Positions 41,531 through 53,162 are shown, counted from the stretch's first letter. The stretch: 64,000 nt of DNA from Eledone cirrhosa (GCA_964016885.1 OZ024755.1:16802001-16866000), one strand, 5' to 3'. The notes: generated by a model not told the origin, from the sequence alone. Translations and numbers: made by a program.

Positions 41531-42435
41531 TTCTTCACACAAATACATATACGCACATATACACTCATTCACACAAACTCACTTACACACACACATACAT
41601 ACACAAACACACAATACTCACTTTCTCTCTCTCTCTCTTTCTCACACACACATGCATACACAAACACACACGTACACACACACACTCTCTGTTTCTGAAT
41701 TTCTCACGCACACACATACTCTTTCTCTTTCTCTTGATCTCCTCTCCTTCTCTTCTCTCACGCACACACACACATGCTCTCTCTCTCCTGATCTCCCCCC
41801 CCTTCTCTTCACCACCATTTCCACATCTGTCTTTAAGTCATAAAGCTCTATTTACTCAAATGGAACTACTTGGCTACGTGACTGAGTCACGACACAGAAT
41901 TGTCCACTTATACGTTACAACAAGGAACAACGTTTAAGACACAACAGAGAGTACAGTTATAATTATTAGGTCAAAGTAGAAAATTAGACTAAGTAAGTCA
42001 ATGGGAACAGACAAAGTAGTCTCCCAACAACAGTGGAATATCTTCGAACCCGGAAACAAATTTCCGTTAACACGAACTGAATAATAAATAGTTTAGTGTT
42101 TTCTGATTTAGGCACACGGCCAACAATTTTGGGAAAAGAGGAAAGTCGATTAAATCGGTCCCAGTGTGATGCTGGTACTTTATTTTATCGACCCTACTAC
42201 CCAAAACTATATAAGAAAGCTACAGACCGTTACCGCAGCCTCTCTAATGGAGTTATTTCAAAATCCTTAAAAGATCCAGTAGAAGATGTAAACCTTGGTT
42301 GTTAGAAAGTTGTGATGTCACAAAAACTATACCCACTGACCTCACGATGACATGTCTCAAGGAAATTGCACGGAAAGAAGAAAAGAATGTTTAATAGACA
42401 ACCAATGAATTGTTTTGGAAGAATGCTGTTGTAAT

Positions 42436-42508
42436 GTCCCTGTAGCGCAGTGGATAGCGCGCTGGACTTCTAATCCAGAGGCCGTGGGTTCGAATCCCAC
42501 TAGGGATG
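42436..42508 (+). tRNA. tRNA-Arg(TCT), intronless, copy 1 (G7:U66 variant)
   Basis: 73-nt cloverleaf, anticodon arm CTGGA-CTTCTAA-TCCAG, B-box GGTTCGAATCC, T8 terminator downstream. Confidence 0.96.
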
Positions 42509-42869
42509 ATGGTAACATTTTTTTTAAATTTTCATTTCTAGTAAATTTTATATTAAATGGAGAGGTAACATATATAGAAAGGAGAAAGAAATAATTGAGC
42601 TTTTCTAAGAGGGACAATACAACATTAGCTTACCTCGGAATATATTTGGTTGTAACACCAACTATATAAAGTATTATATTTTAATTATATCAGGTGGATA
42701 AATGTTATTACGAGAGAATATTTTCTGGCAAAGAGAATATTTCTAATGTAAAATTTCTAAGAAAAAAATGTTTTTAAATAGATCAGAAAATTATAATATG
42801 ATCGATTTAATATATAATTTATTACAATTGAAAATAAAATAACAAAAAAAAAAAAAAGATAAAAATTCT

Positions 42870-42942
42870 CATCCCTGGTGGGATTCGAACCCACGGCCTC
42901 TGGATTAGAAGTCCAGCGCGCTATCCGCTGCGCTACAGGGAC
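42870..42942 (-). tRNA. tRNA-Arg(TCT) copy 2
   Basis: Full reverse-complement cloverleaf, D-loop AGCGGATA, T-run downstream. Confidence 0.96.
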
Positions 42943-43287
42943 TTTACAACATAGGCTTAGCTCCAAATTTATTTGACCGCAACATCACCTATATACTGTA
43001 TTACAATACATAGCTATAGACAAACAGCAATAACAAAATACATTTTATTTAGAACTATACAAATACAATCTTGGAAATAAGCTCTCAGCCATGAAAATAT
43101 AATGTCTATTTGAAGATATGAAGAAGGGGAAAAGATTTTAGTTAAAATATAATTTATTGGAATTGATAATATATAAAAAAAATTCATCATCATCGTTAAT
43201 ATAATATTTCTAAGAAGAAATTAAATCAGAAAATTAAAATATAACTGATTTAATATATATTATTAAAATTTGAAAAAATTGCGACTT

Positions 43288-43360
43288 CATCCCTGGTGGG
43301 ATTCGAACCCACGGCCTCTGGATTAGAAGTCCAGCGCGCTATCCACTGCGCTACAGGGAC
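43288..43360 (-). tRNA. tRNA-Arg(TCT) copy 3
   Basis: Full cloverleaf, D-loop AGTGGATA. Confidence 0.96.
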
Positions 43361-43731
43361 AGTACAACTACAGGTTGCCTTCAAATTTATTTGACCGTAA
43401 CACCACCTATATACTGTATTACAATACATAACTATAGCCAAACAACAGTAACAACAGTAACAACACATCTTATTTAGAACTGTACAAATACAATCTTGGA
43501 AATAAGCTCTCAGCCATGAAAATATAATGTCTATTTGAAGATATGAAGAAGGGAAAAAGAATTTAGTTAACATATAATTTATTGGAACTGAAAATATGTA
43601 AAGAAAAATCATCATCATCATCATCATCGTTGATGTAATATTTCTAAGAAGAAATTAAATCAGAAAATTAGAATATGACTGATTTAATATATACGTTATT
43701 GGAATTGAAAATGAAAAAAAAAATGTAACTT

Positions 43732-43804
43732 CATCCCTGGTGGGATTCGAACCCACGGCCTCTGGATTAGAAGTCCAGCGCGCTATCCGCTGCGCTACAG
43801 GGAC
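43732..43804 (-). tRNA. tRNA-Arg(TCT) copy 4
   Basis: Full cloverleaf, D-loop AGCGGATA. Confidence 0.96.
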
Positions 43805-44095
43805 ATTACAACATCAGGTTATCTCAGAATTTATTTGACCGCAATACCACCTAATTACTGTATTACAGCCCGTAAATTTAGACAAACAGCAGTAATAACA
43901 TACATGTTTAGACCAATACAAATACAATCTTGGAAATAAACTCTTATTCATGAAAATACATTGATTCTTTGAACATGTGAGGTAGGGAATCACATTTTAA
44001 TTATTACAGGTGAATAAATTGTTTATTACGAGAGATAATTTCATTTATAACATGTGAATGATTAGAATATGACTGATTTTATATATATATATATA

Positions 44096-44287
44096 GGAAC
44101 GAGTAGGACCCCGACGGCTGAGCTCAAGCCGTTTCGACGGCTAATTCTTAGTCCAGAATTAGCCGTCGAAACGGCTTGAGCTCAGCCGTCGGGGTCCTAC
44201 TCGTTCCTATTACCCACTCTACTACCCTAACTATTGAGTACTTTGGTGCGTTATGGTCCACCTGGTTCCTTACCACATTTCCTTCGT
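44096..44287 (+). mobile_element. Hairpin-headed 192-bp non-autonomous element in (TA)n (Penelope-like pLTR derivative)
   Basis: Perfect 56-bp arms at 44093-44148 and 44155-44210, unique tail with TATTGAGTAC, (TA)n on both sides. Confidence 0.85.
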
Positions 44288-44352
44288 TATATATATATAT
44301 ATTTATATATATCTACTATAAAAAAATCAAAACCCAAAAAATAAAGTAACTT

Positions 44353-44425
44353 CATCCCTGGTGGGATTCGAACCCACGGCCTCTGGATTAGAAGTCCAGC
44401 GCGCTATCCGCTGCGCTACAGGGAC
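44353..44425 (-). tRNA. tRNA-Arg(TCT) copy 5
   Basis: Full cloverleaf, D-loop AGCGGATA. Confidence 0.96.
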
Positions 44426-44769
44426 ATTGCACCAACGGATTAGCACAACATTTATTTGACCGTAACACCACCTATATACTGTATTACAATACATAGCTAT
44501 AGACAAACAGCAATAACAACATACATTTTATTTAGAACTATACAAATACAATCTTGGAAATAAGCTCTCAGCCATGAAAATATAATGTCTATTTGAAGAT
44601 ATGAAGAAGGGGAAAAGATTTTAGTTAAAATATAATTTATTGGAATTGATAATATATAAAAAAAATCATCATCATCGTTAATGTAATATTTCTAAGAAGA
44701 AATTAAATCAGAAAATTAAAATATAACTGATTTAATATATATTATTAAAATTGGAAAAAAATCTAACTT

Positions 44770-44842
44770 CATCCCTGGTGGGATTCGAACCCACGGCCTC
44801 TGGATTAGAAGTCCAGCGCGCTATCCACTGCGCTACAGGGAC
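44770..44842 (-). tRNA. tRNA-Arg(TCT) copy 6
   Basis: Full cloverleaf, D-loop AGTGGATA. Confidence 0.96.
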
Positions 44843-45210
44843 AGTACAACTACAGGTTGCCTTCAAATTTATTTGACCGAAACGCCACCTATATACTGTA
44901 TTACAATACATAACTATAGCCAAACAACAGTAACAACAGTAACAACACATCTTATTTAGAACTGTACAAATACAATCTTGGAAATAAGCTCTCAGCCATG
45001 AAAATATAATGTCTATTTGAAGATATGAAGAAGGGAAAAAGAATTTAGTTAACATATAATTTATTGGAACTGAAAATATGTAAAGAAAAATCATCATCAT
45101 CATCATCGTTGATGTAATATTTCTAAGAAGAAATTAAATCAGAAAATTAGAATATGACTGATTTAATATATACGTTATTGGAATTGAAAATGAAAAAAAA
45201 AATGTAACTT

Positions 45211-45283
45211 CATCCCTGGTGGGATTCGAACCCACGGCCTCTGGATTAGAAGTCCAGCGCGCTATCCGCTGCGCTACAGGGAC
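45211..45283 (-). tRNA. tRNA-Arg(TCT) copy 7
   Basis: Full cloverleaf, D-loop AGCGGATA. Confidence 0.96.
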
Positions 45284-45574
45284 ATTACAACATCGGGTTA
45301 TCTCAGAATTTATTTGACCGCAATACCACCTAATTACTGTATTACAGCCCGTAAATTTAGACAAACAGCAGTAATAACATACATGTTTAGACCAATACAA
45401 ATACAATCTTGGAAATAAACTCTTATTCATGAAAATACATTGATTCTTTGAACATGTGAGGTAGGGAATCACATTTTAATTATTACAGGTGAATAAATTG
45501 TTTATTACGAGAGATAATTTCATTTATAACAAGTGAATGATTAGAATATGACTGATTTTATATATATATATATA

Positions 45575-45766
45575 GGAACGAGTAGGACCCCGACGGCTGA
45601 GCTCAAGCCGTTTCGACGGCTAATTCTTAGTCCAGAATTAGCCGTCGAAACGGCTTGAGCTCAGCCGTCGGGGTCCTACTCGTTCCTATTACCCACTCTA
45701 CTACCCTAACTATTGAGTACTTTGGTGCGTTATGGTCCACCTGGTTCCTTACCACATTTCCTTCGT
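45575..45766 (+). mobile_element. Hairpin-headed element, identical copy made by array duplication
   Basis: Same sequence as 44096-44287 at offset 1479. Confidence 0.85.
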
Positions 45767-45831
45767 TATATATATATATATTTATATATATCTACTATAA
45801 AAAAATCAAAACCCAAAAAATAAAGTAACTT

Positions 45832-45904
45832 CATCCCTGGTGGGATTCGAACCCACGGCCTCTGGATTAGAAGTCCAGCGCGCTATCCGCTGCGCTACAG
45901 GGAC
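45832..45904 (-). tRNA. tRNA-Arg(TCT) copy 8
   Basis: Full cloverleaf, D-loop AGCGGATA. Confidence 0.96.
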
Positions 45905-46249
45905 ATTGCACCAACGGATTAGCACAACATTTATTTGACCGTAACACCACCTATATACTGTATTACAATACATAGCTATAGACAAACAGCAATAACAACA
46001 TACATTTTATTTAGAACTATACAAATACAATCTTGGAAATAAGCTCTCAGCCATGAAAATATAATGTCTATTTGAAGATATGAAGAAGGGGAAAAGATTT
46101 TAGTTAAAATATAATTTATTGGAATTGATAATATATAAAAAAAATCATCATCATCGTTAATGTAATATTTCTAAGAAGAAATTAAATCAGAAAATTAAAA
46201 TATAACTGATTTAATATATATTATTAAAATTGGAAAAAAAGTCTAACTT

Positions 46250-46322
46250 CATCCCTGGTGGGATTCGAACCCACGGCCTCTGGATTAGAAGTCCAGCGCG
46301 CTATCCACTGCGCTACAGGGAC
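46250..46322 (-). tRNA. tRNA-Arg(TCT) copy 9
   Basis: Full cloverleaf, D-loop AGTGGATA. Confidence 0.96.
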
Positions 46323-46693
46323 AGTACAACTACAGGTTGCCTTCAAATTTATTTGACCGTAACACCACCTATATACTGTATTACAATACATAACTATAGC
46401 CAAACAACAGTAACAACAGTAACAACACATCTTATTTAGAACTGTACAAATACAATCTTGGAAATAAGCTCTCAGCCATGAAAATATAATGTCTATTTGA
46501 AGATATGAAGAAGGGAAAAAGAATTTAGTTAACATATAATTTATTGGAACTGAAAATATGTAAAGAAAAATCATCATCATCATCATCATCGTTGATGTAA
46601 TATTTCTAAGAAGAAATTAAATCAGAAAATTAGAATATGACTGATTTAATATATACGTTATTGGAATTGAAAATGAAAAAAAAAATGTAACTT

Positions 46694-46766
46694 CATCCCT
46701 GGTGGGATTCGAACCCACGGCCTCTGGATTAGAAGTCCAGCGCGCTATCCGCTGCGCTACAGGGAC
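46694..46766 (-). tRNA. tRNA-Arg(TCT) copy 10
   Basis: Full cloverleaf, D-loop AGCGGATA. Confidence 0.96.
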
Positions 46767-47032
46767 ATTACAACGTCCTTTAACCATGGAATTTATTTGA
46801 CTGTAACAGCAACTATATACTGTATTACAATACGTAAATTTAGACAAACAGCAGTAATAACATACATGTTTAGACCAATACAAATACAATCTTGGAAATA
46901 CATTCATGAAAATACAATGATTTTTTTTAACATGTGAGGTAGGGAATCACATTTTAATTATTACAGGTGAATAAATTGTTTATTAAGAGAGATAATTTTA
47001 TTTATAACAAGTGAATGATTAGAATATGACTG

Positions 47033-47081
<49 letters not shown>

Positions 47082-47158
47082 ATATGCATGTATGTGTGTG
47101 TGTATATATATATATATCTACTATGAAAAAAGCAGAAACAAAAAAAATAAAGTAACTT

Positions 47159-47231
47159 CATCCCTGGTGGGATTCGAACCCACGGCCTCTGGATTAGAAG
47201 TCCAGCGCGCTATCCACTGCGCTACAGGAAC
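47159..47231 (-). tRNA. tRNA-Arg(TCT) copy 11 (U3:G70 variant)
   Basis: Full cloverleaf; acceptor 5' strand GTTCCTG instead of GTCCCTG. Confidence 0.93.
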
Positions 47232-47483
47232 ATTGCAACATTGGCTTACCTAAGAATTTATTTGGCTGTAACACCAACTATATAAGGTATTATATTTTAA
47301 TTATATCAGGTGGATAAATGTTATTACGAGAGATTATATTCTGGCAAAGAGAATATTTGTAATGTAAAATTTCTAAGAAAAAAATGTTTTTAAATAGATC
47401 AGAAAATTATAATATGATCGATTTAATATATAATTTATTACAATTGAAAATAAAATAACAAAAAAAAAAAAGAAAAAAATTCT

Positions 47484-47556
47484 CATCCCTGGTGGGATTC
47501 GAACCCACGGCCTCTGGATTAGAAGTCCAGCGCGCTATCCGCTGCGCTACAGGGAC
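47484..47556 (-). tRNA. tRNA-Arg(TCT) copy 12
   Basis: Full cloverleaf, D-loop AGCGGATA. Confidence 0.96.
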
Positions 47557-48324
47557 ATTACAGCAACTCTCTACCAAAACAATTAATTGATTGTGTTTTA
47601 AACACTCTTTTCTTCTTTCCATGTAATTCCTTTGAGACATGTCAAGGTGAGGTCAGTAAGTATAGTTTTTGTGTCATCACAACTTTCTAACAACCAAGCT
47701 TTACTTTTCTACTGGATCTTTTAAGGATTTCAAAATAACTTTACTAGAGAAGTTAAGGTAAGGGCCCGTACCATTTCTATACAGTTTTAGGTTGTACGCT
47801 CAGATGACGTTTGTGAGATTAAAGAATGGTAAGCGGAAAAAGAAATATTCAGCGGAAGTAAACATTAAATTAGAGTCATTCTTATATTGGTCAAAGTTGT
47901 TCCCATGGAGTGGTCTGACAAGAACGATACAATCCGAGAAATGAGATGAGAAACAGAGACAGCCAACAAGTAGGTAACTTAACTATGAAGATTTTATATC
48001 AACCTCGGGGGAAGATAATGCTGATATGAATGTTGTGTGACGTAGAAGAGAATGTCTCAGGTTTGATTTGGTTTTATAGAAATGATAAATGGCGTCTCTG
48101 AGAACGGATAGAGAAAGAGCAGGAAAGCGGGGAGGAATAGAGAAAGAGCGAGAGAGAGGGAAGGATAGAGAAAGAGAGAGAGAGTGAGAGAGAAAGAGAG
48201 GGAGGAAGGAAAGGGTAGAGAAAGAGAGATAGAGATAAAGAGAGGGAGATAGATTGATAAATGAATAGATAGATAGAGAGAGAGAGAGAGATGGTGAGAG
48301 AGATGAAGAGATAGATAGATAGAG

Positions 48325-48399
<75 letters not shown>

Positions 48400-48412
48400 G
48401 AGAGGGGGGGGG

Positions 48413-49030
48413 GAGGTACAGACCCAGAGCAAGCTTGTTCACTCAAACCATGCTCACCTTTCTCATCCACCGCTAAACAAATTGCTGAAAGGTAGCACTT
48501 CCCTTTCCACCCTTGAAATTCCTTTTTAAGTGAAACTTGAAAACGTCTACGAAAGCTTGGCCTAAGAATAAAGTATCTGTCTTCAGCCCTTTTAATCTTG
48601 ACCACCACAGAATCTCTTTCGCTATGGTCACCAGATAGATAAAAGCTTCTTGTTTTTCCTGATCAAAGGAATACAATGGGGGAGATCTTCAGAATGGACT
48701 CTGCAGATAGCCGGATCCGTTTCGAAATTGAAACTGTTCTACATAACCCCACAAGTCAGCAGTGCTCAAGTATTAGACGAGTGTGTGTGAAGGACAGATT
48801 AGTCGCCCAACGTACATTTCGAACAGACTCGACTGACGGCATTTCCGTGCCTCAAGAGCTCATCTCCAACCAGCAATGCCCCCTCCCCGTAGGACCTGAC
48901 TGGCTAGGGATTTCTGGAAAGTATACATAGATCCTGAACTAGAAGTCCTCTGGAAAAGACTCGTCAGTTACATTTCGTCGACGTCCAGAGTGTCCCAGAG
49001 AACACCGTTGCTCTTACCCGCCACTAAGCC
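48413..49030 (-). mobile_element. Tx1/L1-clade LINE ORF2 C-terminal fragment, degenerate
   Basis: Minus-strand pieces FQKSLA..GALLVGDELLRHG..C..C..LWGYVEQ..IAKEILWWSRLKGLK resemble the zf-RVT region and downstream AK..IW..R motif. Confidence 0.6.
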
Positions 49031-49401
49031 TATATAGAACAACACATCAACTATAATAATTGTTTCTTATATAGGCACAAAGCCAGCAATTTTGGGGGAG
49101 GGGAAAGTCGATTAAATCGACCCCAGTGCGTGACTAGTACTTTATTTTAATAATGCCGAGTCCGTTAAAGAAATACACATCTCCGTGTATTTATTATAAT
49201 TGGCTAATACCCCCCCCCCCCCCCCCCCCCTTCTCTCTCTCCCACTCTCTCTCTCTCTCCCTGTCTATCCTTTTCAAAATATGTATTTGGTTAGCTCGCT
49301 AAACGACCTGGCAGTTTTCCATCGACATCAAAAGCCGGAATCTCTCTCTCGCTACCTTTTTCTCTTGTCTCTCTCTGTATATTTTTATGTTCACATACAG
49401 A

Positions 49402-49529
<128 letters not shown>

Positions 49530-49572
49530 TGTATATATAAATAAATATGTATAAATAAATATATATACAGAA

Positions 49573-49631
<59 letters not shown>

Positions 49632-50111
49632 CATGCACGCGCACACACACACACATGTATATATATATATATATTTGCGTAAGGAAGCTTAAAACAGATT
49701 TTCGAAGTGAATCGATTTTATGGGTTTTCTTTTTCTTTTAAATCTATTTTAAATGTTTTAGCAGCAATATTTGCTACCTAACCAATCCTCACTCATTATG
49801 TTTTTATCTTGACACATCTTTTAGTGCTTTTAACAAAATGTTGCCACCTTTTAGCAGGCTTTTGACCCCAATTAAGGGCGTTTATCCATGAAAAAATTGG
49901 CAACGCTTGTTAGATGCTAGTTTCGTGTAATGATTTTCAAATTACAATTTCTATTACATCATTGTATTTTATTCGTGCACCTTTACTCAAAATTTAGAGC
50001 TCTCCTGTCTTCTCATAATTTATAACTCTTCTATCTTTTGCATAATTTATTGCTCTCTTATCTTTTTCTCTAACGAAATTCCTCGTCATGGTTTTGTTTA
50101 TTGTTTTAAAA

Positions 50112-50471
50112 CAGTTGTTCCCAACCCTTTGAGTTGGGGACATGGTGCCCCACCTCAATATCTATAAAAGTAGTCCCCCTCCCCCCAGCCTTTGATATGA
50201 AAATAACCCCCTTTGATATGAAAACATTGATGAACAACCACAAAGTGTGAGCAAATTGGGGTATAAATGGTGCCAGATGTACAATAACATGCGTGGAGGA
50301 GTTTCCGACAGTAATGTGTAACAAAGTTGCCTTGGTGTAAAAGTAATAAGGTAAAACATGAAGTTTGTTCTCATTAACATCATATTCTTATTTGTCCCCT
50401 CTTAAATATTTAAATTCTGCCCCACCCCCTCCCCCTCCTGTGAAGCGTGCACCCCGTATTGGGAATCACAG
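50112..50471. mobile_element. hAT-type MITE
   Basis: CAGTTGTTCCCAA...TTGGGAATCACAG with 8-bp TSD TTTTAAAA/TTTTAAAG. Confidence 0.65.
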
Positions 50472-50757
50472 TTTTAAAGTAACACTAATAACAGCAACAG
50501 TGAAATAATTATTCTTGTTATATATTGTACGCGTGTTGGCTTAAAAGGTCATTGACTACTCTCATGGAATGACCAAATGTGGTTTATTTTTCAACATAGT
50601 TTCTCCTTGGAAAAAAACAAAAAAACAATGCAGTTATTAATATGAAGAGTTGAAATCAATGCATGCAAGATTTCACAGCTCTAACATCACTCTTTCATAG
50701 TCAACTTATGAACCTTTCAACCGACCCTCGTATATATATATATATATAAATATATAC

Positions 50758-50836
<79 letters not shown>

Positions 50837-50837
<1 letters not shown>

Positions 50838-50994
50838 CGAAGGAAATGAGGTAAGGAACCAGGTGGACCATAACGCACCAAAGTACTCAATACTTAGGGT
50901 AGTAGAGTGGGTAATAGGACGGCTAATTCTGGACTCAGTCCAGAATTAGCCGTCGAAACGGCTTGAGCTCAGCCGTCAGGGTCTTACTGGTTCC
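50837..50994 (-). mobile_element. Hairpin-headed element, one arm internally deleted
   Basis: Reverse complement of the 44096 family, flanked by (TA)n. Confidence 0.8.
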
Positions 50995-51326
50995 TATATA
51001 AATATATATATATATATATGATATTAATAAATGGAAACTATATTTATAAAACCATATTTATTCTATTATATATATTTCAAGGGTACCTAAACTTTGGTAC
51101 GCACACATCAGATAAAATACAAAGTTTGTTTTATAAATATTGACATATCCAGGAAGGAGATCTTAACGGTTCAAGTTTTTCCTGGATAGAAAATGTAAGT
51201 GACATAGTCACTACTTTAAAACTCATAGCGAATGGTCTTCTAAATGTTTTTAATTAAACACACAGTATATTGCCAAATATACTATACATACATTCATGTA
51301 TATATCGCTATTTCAGAACACCAATA

Positions 51327-51384
<58 letters not shown>

Positions 51385-51386
<2 letters not shown>

Positions 51387-51610
51387 AACAAGTAAGACCC
51401 CGACGGCTGAGCTCAAGCCGTTTCGACGGCTAATTCTGTACTGAAATCAATGCATGCAAGATTTCACAGCTTTAGTACAGAATTAGCCGTCGAAACGGCT
51501 TGAGCTCAGCCGTCGGGGTCTTACTTGTTCCTATTACCCACTCTACTACCCTAAGTATTGAGTACTTTGGTGCGTTATGGTCCACCTGGTTCCTTACCAC
51601 ATTTCTTTCG

Positions 51611-51611
<1 letters not shown>
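51385..51611 (+). mobile_element. Hairpin-headed element with foreign DNA in the loop
   Basis: Same family, flanked by (TA)n; loop carries 30 nt identical to 50651-50680. Confidence 0.85.
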
Positions 51612-51664
<53 letters not shown>

Positions 51665-53162
51665 TAGTATTGGTGTTCTGAAATAGTGATGTATATATGA
51701 ATGTATGTATAGTATATTTGGCAACATACTGTATGTTTGATTAAAAACATTTAGAAGACCATTCGCTATGAGTTTTAAAGTAGTGACTATGTCACTTACG
51801 AGGGTCGACTGAAAGGTTGACCAAGATACTCTCATGGAATGACCAAATGAGGTTTATTTTTCAACATGTCCCTCCCTGGTAAAAAATAATGCAGTTATTA
51901 ATATGAAGAGTTGAAATTAATGAATACTAGATTTCACAGCTCTAACATCACCCCTTCACAGTCCGCGTATGAACATTTCAGCCCACCTTCGTACACTCTT
52001 CGGTGATATTCTATAGTTTCTATTGTTATTTAGCGAGATTATTTATTAGGAAACACACACGAAACCAAGCATTTGCCTTTGTTGTCTTGATAAAGGAAAA
52101 AAACCCACTTCCGCCGAATAATAACAATAATCTAACTAGAACATTGTATATAATTTTGTTTTCTGCTATAGTTTACTGTATAGCTGAGATAATTAATCAT
52201 CCTGGTCAAATAATGGCTAATTTAGGTCACATACATCAATAAAAATACACACACACACGTGTGTGTGCTTATGAGTGTATGTATGCATATGTGTGTGTGA
52301 GTGTATTTATACATATGTGTGTGGGTGGTGGTGGTGGTAGTGGTGGAGGTGTGTTTTGGTGGTGGTGTGTTCTGAATTAGAGAAATATGTGAGGTACGAA
52401 ATTGCTAAGGAGAGACTACAATTGTTTTACAATCATTGTAAACGATAAAAATGAATAAAATGAATAACATTTTGATATATATATATATTAATATTCTACC
52501 TTATTAAGGTAGGACTTATAATACTATTTGAACTCAATGTGGTGTTGATATGAAATCTCGCCGAAGCAAAGCGAAGTTTGTATTTTTGGAAAAGTGTCAT
52601 TTTATTATACGTTGTTGAGTATTAAAAAAAACTAGAATCAGATATACTAGTTGACCAATGAACTCCCCTCTCTAACAGATTAAATGCTTAATTAATCCAT
52701 TGTTTTACGATCGTTTCAAACGACAAAATGTATAATTGTATAATTTTAATAATTGTTTCTTTATTTATACTGTATTTATTCTTTATTTATATAAAACATA
52801 TTCATTTCAATATTTATTCAAGATTTTTGAAAATCAAAATTTAAACCAATTCGAACAAAACAACGTTTCGTTTCTTTCCCCAATGGATTGTTTATTTTCA
52901 GTCACACAAAACTTAAAAAAAAAAAACACACAAGAGATAGTGTATAAATAAATATTTCGACGATAAACGATTTTAATAAAATAGTTATAATAAAAAGAAA
53001 GAGTTTTCAACGTATCAGTATCTAAACTATAAAAACATATGTCACGTAGAACGAAATCATATAGAATCAAATGCATTGCTTGTTTGTGTTTGTCGGCCAT
53101 TTTGAAAGTAAAAGAAAAGAAACTTATTTTCTCATAATACATGACTGTTGCTTTATGTGTAA

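Noticed and set aside
43250-46907. Repeated 96-125-aa ORFs ending PVAQWIARWTSNPEAVGSNPTRDE
   Set aside because: Read-through translations of tRNA genes and spacers.
42870-47556. tRNA array as a CRISPR array or SINE cluster
   Set aside because: Repeats are complete 73-nt cloverleaves with Pol III terminators, and the spacers are homologous to each other.
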